From Eledone cirrhosa (Eukaryota): DNA of 64,000 bases. The stretch's first letter is position 1. Each line of letters opens with the position of its first letter. Below, in pieces: positions 30,801-44,013 of the stretch. Below the pieces are notes generated by a model. That model was not told the origin of the DNA, ran no database searches, and was given only the letters and a program-made list of their open reading frames with translations. A program made the translations under genes and the position numbers. The stretch spans positions 301,444,001 to 301,508,000 of the forward strand of contig OZ024741.1 in the NCBI GenBank assembly GCA_964016885.1. Direction: 5' to 3'.

Positions 30801-30855
30801 GGGGACAACCGTCTATGCATTTCAGGCTTGACTGGCCTTCGCCAGGACGATCCCT
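30801..30855 (-). ncRNA. Minimal hammerhead (core mutated CTGGCGA)
   Basis: gggatcgtc-CTGGCGA-aggc-cagtcaa-gcct-GAAAT-gc-ATA-gacggttgtccc. Confidence 0.65.
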
Positions 30856-31154
30856 CCCACCGCTTGCGACTGCTAGACTTGAAAACAGCCGAGAATATGT
30901 AGTTTTCTCGTCTGTGTAAATGAGGTGATTAATCTCATTTGCATATGAAGCTGCATAAGTTGGCTCAATTTATCATAGAAAAGAAATAAGATATCGCTTC
31001 AAGCATAGCTTTATACAATATGTTTAGAAATTTCGTATACGTTGAGCCAACTTATGCAGCTTGATATGCAAATGCGATTAATCACCTCATTTACACAGAC
31101 GAGAAAACTATATATTCTCGGCTGTTTTCAAGTCCAGCAGTCGCAAGAGGTGGG

Positions 31155-31208
31155 GGGATCCTCTGACGAAGGCCAATCAAGCCTGAAATGCATAGACGGT
31201 TGTCCCCC
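31155..31208 (+). ncRNA. Minimal hammerhead (AUA triplet, palindromic ATGCAT stem III)
   Basis: gatcct-CTGACGA-aggc-caatcaa-gcct-GAAAT-gc-ATA-gacggtt. The core is intact here, while stem I is intact in the other arm. Confidence 0.7.
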
Positions 31209-31346
31209 TTGCTTCTGCTGGACACCAACAGAGGGCGTTAGCCCCTCGGTGTTTGCATAGCTACGGCTTCCGAAAACCGTATTTCTTTAGAAATACGAAA
31301 TTTCTATACATATTGTATAAAGCAATGCTTGAAGCGAAATCTTATC

Positions 31347-31400
<54 letters not shown>

Positions 31401-31415
31401 AATAAGATTTCGCTT

Positions 31416-31485
<70 letters not shown>

Positions 31486-31919
31486 TGATGGTAGCTATGA
31501 TGCTTCCATAAGCGGTATGCCGGTTGAGCACTCTATGTTCTTACAGAACAGACTGTGATATAATGTAAAACGAAAAATCAGTGATGCATCTGAACTCAAT
31601 GTATTGTGTGTTACAACTGTTTCGCCGGCAGACAGCTCGAGACACGATCATTGTATGGATCTGTCTGATTCTGGACCTGCATGTTCGTCGGACACTTGCA
31701 ATAATTTCGGATCAAATTTTCTCACTGTGGTGTTATCGTCAAAAAACATCTTCCTCGCTTGTCCTGCTGTTGGCTGTTGTTTTTCTACGTCATCATAAAT
31801 TCTGGCCAATAGTTTCTGTCACACTGGCCATCAGCTGTCCCTCCGCCTGACACACTTCAATGAATCCATGCTGGGTTTGGTATTTCACAAGTCCACTCGC
31901 GCGCTCACACACATATACA

Positions 31920-31996
<77 letters not shown>

Positions 31997-32000
<4 letters not shown>

Positions 32001-33955
32001 ATGAGAGCGCAAAGAAAGAAAGCAGGGCCATAGAAAACATTAAAGCAAACCCTAAGGCCTTCTTTAAATTTGCAAAAGAAACTGCCTCGGTACACTGCAA
32101 GATTGGGCCACACTTCCATACAGAAGCTTCATTAACCGAGAATCCCCAAGAGATATGTGAAATACTGAACGAACTACAAAAGTGTGTTCACATCTCCACT
32201 GAGGCACATGCAAATAACAAAGCCAGAGGAGTTATTTGATGCCACAACACTACATGAAGAAATGGCGACCATCAACCATATAGACATAACGGAGGAGGAT
32301 GTGGTATACGCCATAGATGAAATTAGAACAGACTCAGCTGCTGGACCTGATGGATTCCCAGCAGTCCTCTTAAAAACATTTAAGCGGGCGTTAGCAACAC
32401 CACTGAAGATGTTCTTCAGAAGCTCCTTGGCTAGCGGTATACTACCCAGGAAGCTGAAAGAAGGCACAATATGCCCTATCCATAAAGGAGGTAGCAGAGC
32501 GGAGGCCAAAAACTATAGGCCAGTCTCCCTGACGTCGCATATCAGTAAAGTCATGGAGCGAGTCGTCAGAAAGAAATTGATCACTTTCCTCGAGGAAAAT
32601 GACCGCCTGACTAGCACGCAGCATGGCTTCCGCCCAGGAAGAAGCTGCCTTACACAGCTGCTACATCACTACGACTGGGTACTGAAACAACTGCTAGACA
32701 GCTCACATGTGGACGTGATATATCTTGACTTTGCGAAGGCTTTTACAAGGTCGACCACGGAATGATATGTCACAAACTACAGGGACTCGGCATAAGTGGA
32801 AAAGTAGGTGAGTGGCTGAATGACTTCTTAAAGGACAGAAGCCAGACAGTCGCAGCAAACCTCAAAGGAAACATCAATAACAAGGGACAGTCCTGGGACC
32901 ACTACAGTTTTGGGTGGCTCTCTCAGACATGCCCTCTGTAGTACATACAACATCCCTCACTAGCTATGCTGATGACACTAAGGTAGCACAGGCAATCAAA
33001 GAACCGGCTGACGCTGCCCTTTTACAACAAGATCTGGATGCCATATACAAATGGGCGGAAGAAAACAACATGCAGTTTAATGCTGGCAAATTCCAAGCCC
33101 TACATTACAAACCTGCAAACACAAATACAGTACTACACAGTTACGCAGGACCAGGAGGGACCGATATGCCCGTGTCGAAATATCGATACGAGATCTGGGC
33201 ATAGACATGAGCGATGATGCATCTTTTTCTTCACACATCATGAAAGTGGCGACAATGTGCAGACGGCTCGCTGGCTGGATCTTGAGGACTTTCCGGACAA
33301 GATACCGAGACACCATGTTGACACTATGGAGGACATTTGTCCTAATCCGCCTGGACTATTGCTCCCAGTTGTGGTCACCCCATAGTGTCAGACTAACCAC
33401 GGAGCTTGAGGCAATCCAGCGAAGCTACACCAAAAGGATTGCTACGATGAAGGAGACAAGCTACTGGGAGAGGCTAAAAGAACTGAACCTCTACTCCTTG
33501 GAACGAAGACTGGAGAGATACGCAGTGATCTACATGTGGAAAATCCTGGAGGGACTAGCACCAAACTTTGGCATTGGGAGCTGGACCAACCGTCGAACAG
33601 GACGTCACTGTGTGGTGCCAAAGGTCCCGTCTTCCACATCTAGAATAAGGAGCAGGTATTGCAATAGCCTGGGATTCAAGGGCCCTCAACTCTTCAATAA
33701 GCTGCCGAGGGATCTGAGAGATTTACATGGTGTGGAGGTGGATCTTTTCAAGAAACATCTCGACACCTTGCTATCCAGGATCCCGGATGAGCCCACAGCA
33801 AGGCACGAGGGAAACTTAAGGGCAGCAGCAACAAACTCCCTCTTACACCAGTGGCCAACCAATACAGGCTGGAGATAAAATGTGTAGCAACAAGGGCGGT
33901 ACCCCAGCATGGCCTCAGTCGGATGGCTGGAACAGATGAAAGAGTAAAAAAGAAT
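31997..33955 (+). mobile_element. 5'-truncated CR1-group LINE (RT ORF2, frameshifted)
   Basis: SAAGPDG, NYRPVSLTS, QHGFRPGRSCLTQL, VIYLDFAKAF, YADD, RLDYCSQLWSP and LYSLERR motifs. The 3' UTR ends ccccagcatggcc...aaagagtaaaaaagaat. Confidence 0.92.
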
Positions 33956-34525
33956 ATATACACACACACACATACACACACACACAACCATATAAATAAC
34001 AACATACGCGTCCACAGACGTCTGCCTACATGCCCACGTACATCAGCTCTCACACACACAAACACGCACACACACACACACACGCACACGCATACATGCG
34101 CACACACATGCATACGCGTATATCTACTCGTATACACAAACACGTACAGACATACATAGACACGCACATACACACACGTGTCCGTATGTACAGGCACAAA
34201 GACAGACTCGCTCCCAAACACACATAAATGCGTGTACACACACATAAATGTACACACAAACAAGCCCTTACCCTACATATATATATATATATACACATAT
34301 ATATATATCTTTCTGTGTGTGTGTGTAGAATCGATATAAAAAGACACTGTCTAAAATAGTTTTTTACTTTGATTTCTCGTTAACAAAATGGCTGTCGGAT
34401 ATGCAACTATAATATTAACCACGACAAAATACAACCATCATGCTGTTAATAGTATAATTATCGCTTTCCTTAGAAGGGTTATTCATATCTAAATTACATT
34501 GAGTTCTAATAGGGTTAAAAGTTCT

Positions 34526-34621
<96 letters not shown>

Positions 34622-34899
34622 CTGTATGCGAAATGTCAACGAGGTAAAGCAACACAGTGAAAAAATACCCTATAAAGATATATATATTAGTTTTGCGCTT
34701 GATATAGCAGGGAAAGTGTCTTAACGAATCAGAGGATAGAATGAGAAATAGAAGAAATAGAAAGACAGCCGGGAGTAAGAAGTGGAAGAAAGAGAAAAAA
34801 TGGAAAAATACTTTTTACGGGATTAGTACTCGCGTGTATATAATCCACGTTTATTAGAAATTGTTTCTCGCGCTTTGTCAGCCTGTCTGTCTCTCGCTC

Positions 34900-35131
<232 letters not shown>

Positions 35132-35706
35132 ACTAGAAATATTGATTGACATATATATATATATCTAAAATAAACATATGAAACAATCACAGGGAATAAT
35201 TTGTAAAAGTGTGTAAGTACACATAGCTAGGTAGGTAACTCATTAAATTTTAACTAGAACTTTAAATATAGATACCTTATAAATTGATTAATCTTCCTTG
35301 TATATATTTCATTAAAGAAATATATTTCACCATTAATCGATTGGTAAACCACAGTAGCCAAATTCCGTATTTTCAACAAGGGAGAAGATTTAACTATCTG
35401 TGTTTACACAGCAAATTCAAATCTGCGAATGACTAGCAGCACGTGTTGCATTTTTTTAAAATACACACAATCGTACCAGCTTCATCCCAGTGGCGTGAAT
35501 AGGGTTATCGACAACTAGAAATAGCAGCCGACTCTTTTCAACTGAGTTAGCTCTACAATTAAGGGGCCGTATATATATCCAACATTAAATTAAGGGTGTC
35601 ATGTCAGAGAGACATGCGCCATATCTACTGTAGAATATGCTCCAAGATTCCAATGAATAGATCCGAGCATTTTATATCAAGATTTAACTATCTGTGTTTA
35701 CCCATC

Positions 35707-35756
35707 ACAGGACTAGAACTGATGATTTCTCTTGAATGAAACAGTTCTAGTCCTGT
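35707..35756 (+). ncRNA. Hammerhead-like motif with 12-bp stem I and truncated stem III
   Basis: acaggactagaa-CTGATGA-tttctcttgaat-GAAA-cag-ttctagtcctgt, followed by (TA)n about 25 bp later. Confidence 0.55.
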
Positions 35757-35776
35757 AGAAGCCATATATGTTAAAC

Positions 35777-35828
<52 letters not shown>

Positions 35829-36215
35829 GAAGTGCACCAAGCAGCCGAAGTGTACGATAAAGTTATATCTGTAAATATATAGAGTGAGTAGCCGAGTCTA
35901 CGCCAAGTAAGACAATAATGTTTACTACCATGACTAACTCCGAGCTCTAATGCCACATTTGTTTGACAACCATAGTAGTCGCGGCAACCTTTATATGTTA
36001 TATTTATTAAATTGATGATATTGTTTTTAGTCTTATAAATTTCATACGGTTTATTCAAATATTGAACATATATAAGCAAATAAAGTTACATTGAAAGTAA
36101 AGTTACATTGAATATTTAACTGTCTTTTGTGGTTATGACAACGGAAAAGGGAGGGAAAGGCGGCGGCTCTAGTGTCACAGAAGAATGGAGAGGGCGAGGG
36201 TGATGGGCACTGGGC

Positions 36216-36465
36216 CTAGGGCGCGGTGGTATTGAGGCTGCGCGCCGCGGACAAGACCGCAAAAGCATTCCTGCGGACAATGTTCAGAGACACCTGCTGC
36301 AACAGCCACCCCACCACATGGTACTCCTTCCTCAGACAGGCCGCTGACATTCCGATCTTGCGGGGGAACTCAGAAGTACGGGGTCCAAGTACGCCTGAAG
36401 TCTCGACATCGACAGGGGCGAAGAGGAAGCAGCCGGACAATCCCCGGTATGCTTGACGCATGAAG
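36216..36465 (-). pseudogene. CRE-like retrotransposon restriction-like endonuclease C-terminus
   Basis: RQAYRGL...FAPVDVETSGVLG...LLQQVSLNIVRRNAFAVL. A related copy is at 56190-56375. Confidence 0.7.
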
Positions 36466-37515
36466 AGGTGTACCTATGTTGATATAAGATACGGTATCTT
36501 GTAATAGATAGTTGTAATCTTCGCAATCTAACCGATTGTTTTTACGTCGATCCTGTGAAAAGGTGAGATCAAAATTGAACAAAAGCAGCGACGATGGAAT
36601 TGTACTAAAGAGAACATGTTTCGTGATACTGAAAATTACATTGTACCTGTATTTCATGAAAAGCTTTAGAAATGTTCGATTTTATATGAGGCATGACAAT
36701 AACTTCTGATAATCTTTCCTATTAGAATTTGATATGAATGGAATAGTTGAAGCAAGAGAACTTGTGGTTTAGAAATATGATTGAAGAGTAGCAAGATCAC
36801 ATTGAATTCTTTGTCAAAATCTACTTTGCTATGCAGATAGAGTGCATATACTATTGAAACGACAGAAAAGCACTCAGTACATAGAGGAGAATATATAAAT
36901 TTCATTTATTTGAAGCGGAAGTTTCACCTAGCTTTTCCGCAACTTTTCACATTTAAACACATACACACGCACACACACGCGCGCGCGCGCGCGTGTGTGT
37001 GTGTTTATGTATGTATATGCGTCTGTACAATATATGTGTTTAAATTAAATTTAATGTATATGTAATCACAATTCTTAAATGATGTACCACGCAGAAAAAA
37101 AGTCAAGCGTAAGCACACTTTTCGGCCTTTCCTTATACACAGAGAAATATAACTCCTATCTATTAATTTGATATAGCATGTCGTGTTCAACAGATCACAA
37201 CGTCCCTATTCTTCCACATCTGAAATAATCTTATAGCAGTCGTTATTTATGTACATAAATGTTTTTCATATAAGGAATTATCTTCTTAAAGGAAAACACA
37301 TCAAATAAGAAGAGCCACTTCAAATGCATTTTATAGTGCTTCACATCAATAATATATATATGTATATATATTTATATATACATATAAATTAAATGATGAG
37401 AAAAAACTAATTCTGGGAGTATAAACAAGATAGACGAACATTTTTTTCTAACTACGCTTATATATACATCTCCCTACCATGGCTTTATGCCGGTAGAAGA
37501 GACTTTAATTTATTA

Positions 37516-37594
<79 letters not shown>

Positions 37595-38024
37595 GGGGGT
37601 AGATAGAGAAATAGCAAAGGTAAAGTTATACAAAGCTCAAAAGAAAGTAGAGAAATATATATGACAGTATATAATTGCCACGTCTTTTCAAAATTAGCTC
37701 AATGTGTTTATATATGACTGTATATACCAATGTCTATGTATAGTTATTCGTTATCTGGATTGTTTCATGACATTTTCAAAACATTGGATGTACAACTCCC
37801 TTGAGTTATAAGGAATTCAATATGATTTAAAAGATGTTTCCATCTATATACTTGCTTATATATAGAGAGAGAAGGGGGAGGGAGAGAGAGAGAGAGTGAG
37901 ACAGAAAGAAAATTACAAAATTATTATTTAAAACATCACAATCCAGAAAAATGGGAATAACAATTACTGCATAACACTGACACATGTTTCATCGTATGTG
38001 TTTCATATCAGTCTAGGATCGCTA

Positions 38025-38345
<321 letters not shown>

Positions 38346-38389
38346 ATATATATATATATATATATATATAACCAATTACAACACCTGAC

Positions 38390-38447
38390 ATATATGGGTA
38401 CTCAAGTTTCGTTGGTTTGCCACTCCAACTCATTCGGCCTGCTATAT
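38390..38447 (-). ncRNA. Decayed hammerhead-like motif
   Basis: gg-CCGAATGA-gttgg-agtggcaaa-ccaac-GAAAC-ttga-GTA-cc. Stem II is perfect but the core is altered. Adjacent to (TA)n. Confidence 0.45.
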
Positions 38448-38599
38448 TGGGAAGATTCTTGATAGTATAGGATAGTTCTAAGGGCAGGTGATATGTAATT
38501 ATTCTCAGTATGTATAGCATGAGGGTTGTGATTTGCTGGTGACAGAAAAATACGAAACAGGAATAGGCAAATTATTGTTTTTTGCGTACTGTTGAATGA

Positions 38600-38800
38600 A
38601 CCTCCGTCGGTTTTGACGATGAGTATTTCACATGTTTGATTAACGGAACAGTCTGCTCGTGAAATTAATATCTAAGTAGCCAAACATTCCACAAACACGT
38701 ACACCCTGAATGTAGTTCTCAGGAAAATTCCTCATGACACCATATCTAACAAGTATGTCTACATTGAATTTTACCAACTGAGTGGACTGGTGCAACTTGT
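38600..38800 (-). mobile_element. SINE 3' part (family related to 46075-46402)
   Basis: ctccgtcggttttgacgatgag...aacggaacagtctgctcgtgaaattaa matches the reverse of the 46330-46402 tail. Confidence 0.55.
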
Positions 38801-39059
38801 GATAAAGTGGCTTGCTGAAAGACTAAACAACTTTTTTCCATTCAGATGGGTTTTCTTAAACCCAACTAACAGACTAATTCTATGTAGCCAAATACGGCGT
38901 AAGCACATGTTACTATATATATATATATATATAAATCTAAGGCGGGTAAAATTCCCGAGATCCATGGACGAGTTCTCTCCAGCGGTCTCTGTCCCTCATT
39001 ATCGCTGCCATATCCTGCATCTCCAACAGACCAGTGTCTGTCCTTAGGGCATCAACATA

Positions 39060-39146
<87 letters not shown>

Positions 39147-39466
39147 ATGGATCAGTAAGTCCTCTTGGAGTCCTAAGGTATTGTGCTAGGCAACGTAAAG
39201 CTTGCTGCAATCTAACCCATATCTAGGTCTAAATCCAGTCGATTTTTCCAAGAGACGAGAGAATGATAGAGTAGTAGAGAGAAATAAACATATATGTGGA
39301 ATCGATCACGTACTCGACTTTTGTTAACGATCCCGAAGATATGAAAGGTGAAGTATACTTCGGGGGGTATTGAACCCAAAGCGTAGATAGCAGGAACCAG
39401 TATTGTTAACTTTGCATATTACTTTCTCACAATTTTGACAATTCACCGTCTGAAATGAATATATAT

Positions 39467-39715
39467 ATTAGAAATATAAGCTTTCACCGTATTTTTGACT
39501 AAAGAAATGTTTAGCCTGATAGTGGGTTTTAGAACCGTCAGAGAAAAATAGAAAAAGATGAGTATTGATGTACGTCAATACTCATCTTTTTCCATTTTTC
39601 TCTGAGGGTTCTAAACCCCACTATCAGGCTAAATATTTCTTTAGTCAAAAATACGGTGAGATCTTATATTTCTAATTTCAAACTCGCTCAGTGTTTCAAA
39701 ACATACTTACTTGAA
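39467..39715. repeat. About 100-bp inverted repeat plus short tail, probable miniature pLTR pair
   Basis: 39467-39568 is inverted at 39575-39676 with a 6-nt spacer. There is a roughly 40-bp extension, then (TA)n. Confidence 0.7.
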
Positions 39716-39720
39716 TATAT

Positions 39721-39793
<73 letters not shown>

Positions 39794-39884
39794 CGAAGGA
39801 AATGTGGTAAGGAACCAGGTGGACCATAACGCACCAAAGTACTCAATACTTAGGGTAGTAGAGTGGGTAATAGGAACGAGTAGG

Positions 39885-39980
39885 ACCCCGACGGCTGAGC
39901 TCAAGCCGTTTCGACGGCTAATTCTGGACTAAATGAAAATGTTTATCCTGGTATATGAATAGCCGAGCTTCTCAGGGGGT
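39885..39980 (-). ncRNA. Hammerhead variant (core CUGAGAA, long stem II loop, GUC)
   Basis: acccc-CTGAGAA-gctcggcta...tagccgtc-GAAA-cggc-ttgagctca-gcc-GTC-ggggt. Confidence 0.7.
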
Positions 39981-42585
39981 AATTCCATATATGGTAAAAG
40001 TGATTGTCACAAGGATTGGTCAAAAGTTTGTTGTTGAGACACATAATTCTATCATAGCAATTTGTGGAAGGAAGGGGTAGCTGAACCTGCCAGTAGAAGA
40101 AAGAGGGAGAGGGGGTGGAGGAAACCCAGTCGTGTGTTGATAGTGCCAACTACAGCAGGGCAGGAGGTCAAGGAAGTATACTAGGGAGGGGAGGGGGGAA
40201 ATCGAAACAATAAGTAAAACAATATGGGGTAAATATATAGAAAAATACCGAGAATGTTAAAAAACAATTAAATATAAAAAATAAAAAAACATTTCTGGTT
40301 ACTATTCCCTAAGGACAGCCATCAAGTCTCTCACTGGTACTGCTAGACTATAGAAAAGTTTACTAGGTGGGACGGAATTATAATGAGACCCTTTTAAGAG
40401 GTAGTAGTAATCAACCGAGTATATCTTACGGTGACGGGTCAACAAGTGGGGGGCCAAAATACTAAAGAAACTACCACGAAATAATAATTCAGAGTCCCGA
40501 GACTAATACGAAATAATTGTTTCTACCCTAGGCACAAGGCCAGCAACCACCCAGTGCAAAAAATAAACTAATACGAAATAATAATTCAGAATCTCGAAAA
40601 AGAAAACTAATACTATCTCTAAGGGTGCCGCTACGATACAAAAATTCTAGTCAAACTACATAAATGCCCGTACGAAGTATATGAAAAGTTTGATACGGAA
40701 AATGAATTCAGAATCCCCCCCCCCCAAAAAAAAAATACTGATATACGAGAAATTAAAGCAAAGATACCACTAAGAAATGTAGAAAGCACGGGAAAGGGGC
40801 AGCCATCGGATAAGAAAGCAAGTATCCGGGGTCTATAACATCTGCTATAAAAAGCGGAGTCGGCCAATTCTATCATAGAATAGGGGAAGGGGCTGGAGGT
40901 ACTGAGGCTACAAAGGACCGAGGGGCTGCCTCGGGTGGGCGAGAAAGTGAAAAAGACGACGACAAAGAAAGAGGACTGGGGTGGAAGGACTAGGAAGGGA
41001 TGGGGGAAGAAGGAAATATAAAGGAAGCGATAAAAAGATATAAAAGAAGATCTTACGTCTACCTTTTCAAGCAGGGGTTACCCATTACAAAGTCGGCAAG
41101 TGGGGTGTTACAGCCCTTGTCTACCCCCCCCCCCCCTCCCCCGGGTCATTATGGGGTTTGAGGGCGGGGTAAATCCTACGCAATCTGTGTTTGCATGCAG
41201 TTACCAGTTCGTCTTTCTTGTTTAGGAGTTGGTCCGTCGAAAACGGCATTTGTAAAGTTTCCTCCGAGCATAAATTGCACGGACGGCGTCCTCCCGTATA
41301 AGAGTTGGCTCTGGACATGAAGCTCCAAGTGAGATCATAGGTAATATTGTTATCCTTGAGGTCCCAGATGTGGCCCGAAAGTGTGGTGGCGTGACGCCGG
41401 GCCGGGTTTCGGAAGGTATGTCTGTGTTGGTATAGCCGGGTCTTGAAGTCACATGCGGTTAATCCTATATAAGCTTTGTTGGAGGTGTCCGTCCTCACGT
41501 TGCACTGCTATGTCACATTACGATCTCTGCATCTGTTGTCGAGGGGGCAAATGGATCCATCAGGACAGTTGCACCTCCTGGTCGGCTCTCCGCTGCTATT
41601 TAGGTTATTTCTTCCATAGGGGTTGAGTTTTTTGTTGTTAGAGGAGACGATGTTTTGTGCAAAGTTTGGTGTGGTGCTGTAGGAGAGTTTGATGGTATTT
41701 TTGTTAATTATGTTGTGGTAGCGGTGTTGTAGTGGGAAGTGTTTTTCGATGAGCCTAAAGAAGATTTTCCCGATAGTTGTCACCTCGGCGTTGTAGGGAG
41801 GATTGAACCATGTTACATTGCGCGAGCGGCGGTGGGGGTGGGGGATTCTTAATTAATTTTCCGTATCAAATTTTTCATATACTTCGTACGAGCATTTATG
41901 TAGTTTGCACTAGAATTTTTGTATCGTAGCGGCACCCTTAGAGATAGTATTAGTTTTCTTTTTCGGGATTCTGAATTATTATTTCGTATTAGTTTATTTT
42001 TTGCACTGGGTGGTTGCTGGCCTTGTGCCTAGGGTAGAAACAATTAATTCGTATTAGTCTCGGGACTCTGAATTATTATTTCGTGGTAGTTTCTTTAGTA
42101 TTCCCCCCCCCCCCACACTTGTTGACCCGTCACCGTAAGATATACTCGGTTGATTACTACTACCTCTTAAAAGGGTCTCATTATAATTCCATCACACCTA
42201 GTAAACTTTTCTATAGTCTAGCAGTACCAGTAAGAGACTTGATGGCTGTCCTTAGGGAATAGTAACCAGAAATGGTTTTTTTCTTTTTATATTTAATTGT
42301 TTTTTTAACATTCTCGGTATTTTTCTATATATTTACCCCATATTGTTTTACTTATTGTTTCGATTTCCCCCCTCCCCCTCCCTAGTATACTTCCTTGACC
42401 TCCTGCCCTGCTGTAGTTGGCACTATCAACGCACGACTGGGTTTCCTCCACCCCCTCTCCCTCTTTCTTCTACTGGCAGGTTCAGCTACCCCTTCCTTCC
42501 ACAAATTGCCATCATAGAATTATGTGTCTCAACAACAAACCTTTGACCAATCTTTGTGACAATCACTTTTACCATATATGGAATT

Positions 42586-42681
42586 ACCCTCTGAGAAGCT
42601 TGGCTATTCATATACCAGGATAAACATTTTCATTTAGTCCAGAATTAGCCGTCGAAACGGCTTGAGCTCAGCCGTCGGGGT
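42586..42681 (+). ncRNA. Hammerhead variant (core CUGAGAA), inverted-arm copy
   Basis: accct-CTGAGAA-gcttggcta...tagccgtc-GAAA-cggc...gcc-GTC-ggggt. Confidence 0.68.
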
Positions 42682-42717
42682 CCTACTCGTTCCTATATAT
42701 ATATATATATATATATA

Positions 42718-43193
42718 TTTCGTTTCTGAATTTGTTTAGCAAGATTCTTTATCTGAAAACGTGTGTTGAAACCGATATTGTTATGCTTTGGGAGGGTCAT
42801 GTTGCCAATAACAAACACACGCACCAGTCGCTTTCAATTAAATTTATTATAAATTAAATTTATAAATTTCCGGTTGGTTGGTTGGTTCCACAACCAGACG
42901 ATTGTTCATATATTGTCAAAGTTCTTTCGTCACACATTCTGTGTTTTTCTGCCTCTCCTTTGTTCTGTCCTACGCCAAAAGAGAGGCACAAAAACAAAGA
43001 AAAGAATCCTCAGTCACTGAATAGGTCACATAATGTGTGACGAAAGAACTTTGACAATATATGAACAATCTTCTGGTTGTGGAACCAACCAACCAACCGG
43101 AAATTTATAAATTTAATTTATAGTAAATTGAAGTGAAAGCAACTGGTGCGTGTGTTTCTTATTGGCAACATGACCCCCCCAAAGCATAACAAT
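42718..43193. mobile_element. Solo inverted pLTR pair (family of 60544-61690) with mutated HHR at 43012-43055
   Basis: Arm 42776-42935 is inverted at 43033-43193, with a tail at 42718-42775. HHR reads agtca-CTGAATA-ggtcaca-taatg-tgtgac-GAAAG-aa-CTT-tgac. Confidence 0.82.
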
Positions 43194-43214
43194 ATATATA
43201 TAGATATATATATA

Positions 43215-43665
43215 CATTCTTCTTCTATACATCCATTTCCTGTGTCATGATGAAGTCCTACTCCAGCTCACCCTGTGTAGCATTGCCGTCTGAATTTCAC
43301 AGCCCGGTGTCATTTTCAAGAACATCCTTCAGCGTTGTAGTTAGTCTCCCAACTTGTCTGTACGCATCAGGTTTTCAGAAAATGACCCTGCTAACAGGTT
43401 CATTGTGACGTTTTATATGTCCGGCTAATGTGACCCTCCTACTCCTTATGGTGTCAAAAGGGCGAATGTGGGAGCTGTAGAGCGATTTGTTTGTTACGTG
43501 TGTTCTTCAGGATATGTTCTTGCCTATTCTCAGCAAGAATAGGCAAGAACATTTTTTTGTTCATGACTCACATCCGTAGAGGAGTATGAACTCAACTGTT
43601 GCTTTGAAAAGCCTCATTTGTTTGGTACTCTTGATCGGAGACACCCATATCTTTGACAGGGAGTG
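43215..43665 (-). pseudogene. RTE-clade LINE 3' fragment
   Basis: LSKIWVSPI...MRLFKATVEFILLYGCES, LAGHIKRHNEP and VGRLTTT motifs. Confidence 0.65.
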
Positions 43666-43683
43666 TATGTATGTATATATATA

Positions 43684-43889
43684 TAGGAAAAGAGTCAGGA
43701 CCTCAACGGCTGAGCTCCGGCCTTTTCGACACTAGATCCGAACAGTTCTGATTTAACTGTCGAAACAGTCGCCGGAGCTCAGCCGACGGGGTCCTGACTC
43801 GTTTCCTATTACCCACTCTACTACCCTAAGTATCGATCGAGTACTCTGGTGCGTTATAGTACACCTGTTTTCTTACCACTCTTTCTTTG

Positions 43890-43891
<2 letters not shown>
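43684..43891 (+). mobile_element. Miniature inverted pLTR pair, diverged subfamily of the main Naiad family
   Basis: gagtcaggacc..cggctgagctccggc is inverted at 43770-43808. Tail reads ttacccactctactaccctaagtat. Flanked by (TA)n. Confidence 0.78.
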
Positions 43892-43961
<70 letters not shown>

Positions 43962-44013
43962 GACGTAAAATAAGAAAATTTTAAAAATTAAAAATTAACT
44001 TACTAAAATTTTC

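Larger units (their letters stand above)
30703..31420. mobile_element. Non-coding 322-bp one-hammerhead unit inserted as an inverted pair (retrozyme-like)
   Basis: The minus arm 30703-31038 is terminally redundant (tagaaatttcgtat at 30703 and 31025). The plus arm is 31042-31352, with an extra tail fragment at 31393-31420. Flanked by microsatellites. Confidence 0.8.
39791..42695 (-). mobile_element. 5'-truncated Naiad PLE (linker + GIY-YIG + 1.3-kb 3' UTR) with about 850-bp inverted arm 41838-42695
   Basis: WFNPPYN, EKHFPLQHRY, CNCPDGSICPL, YIGLTACDFKTR, CNLCSEE and LLNKKDEL motifs. The tail (39791-39870) is on one arm only. (TA)n at both ends. Confidence 0.92.

Noticed and set aside
30703-31352. 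Viroid-like ambisense RNA with ribozymes in both polarities
   Set aside because: The two opposite-strand HHRs are copies of the same sequence produced by the inverted-arm insertion. The unit itself has one HHR.
37960-38020. CTGATATGA...GAAACATGTGTC hammerhead-like string on the minus strand
   Set aside because: Core spacing is wrong and there is no convincing stem II.
39590-39676. CTGACGG/CTGAGGG...GAAAGCTT possible hammerhead in the hairpin element
   Set aside because: I could not find stem I or stem II pairing.
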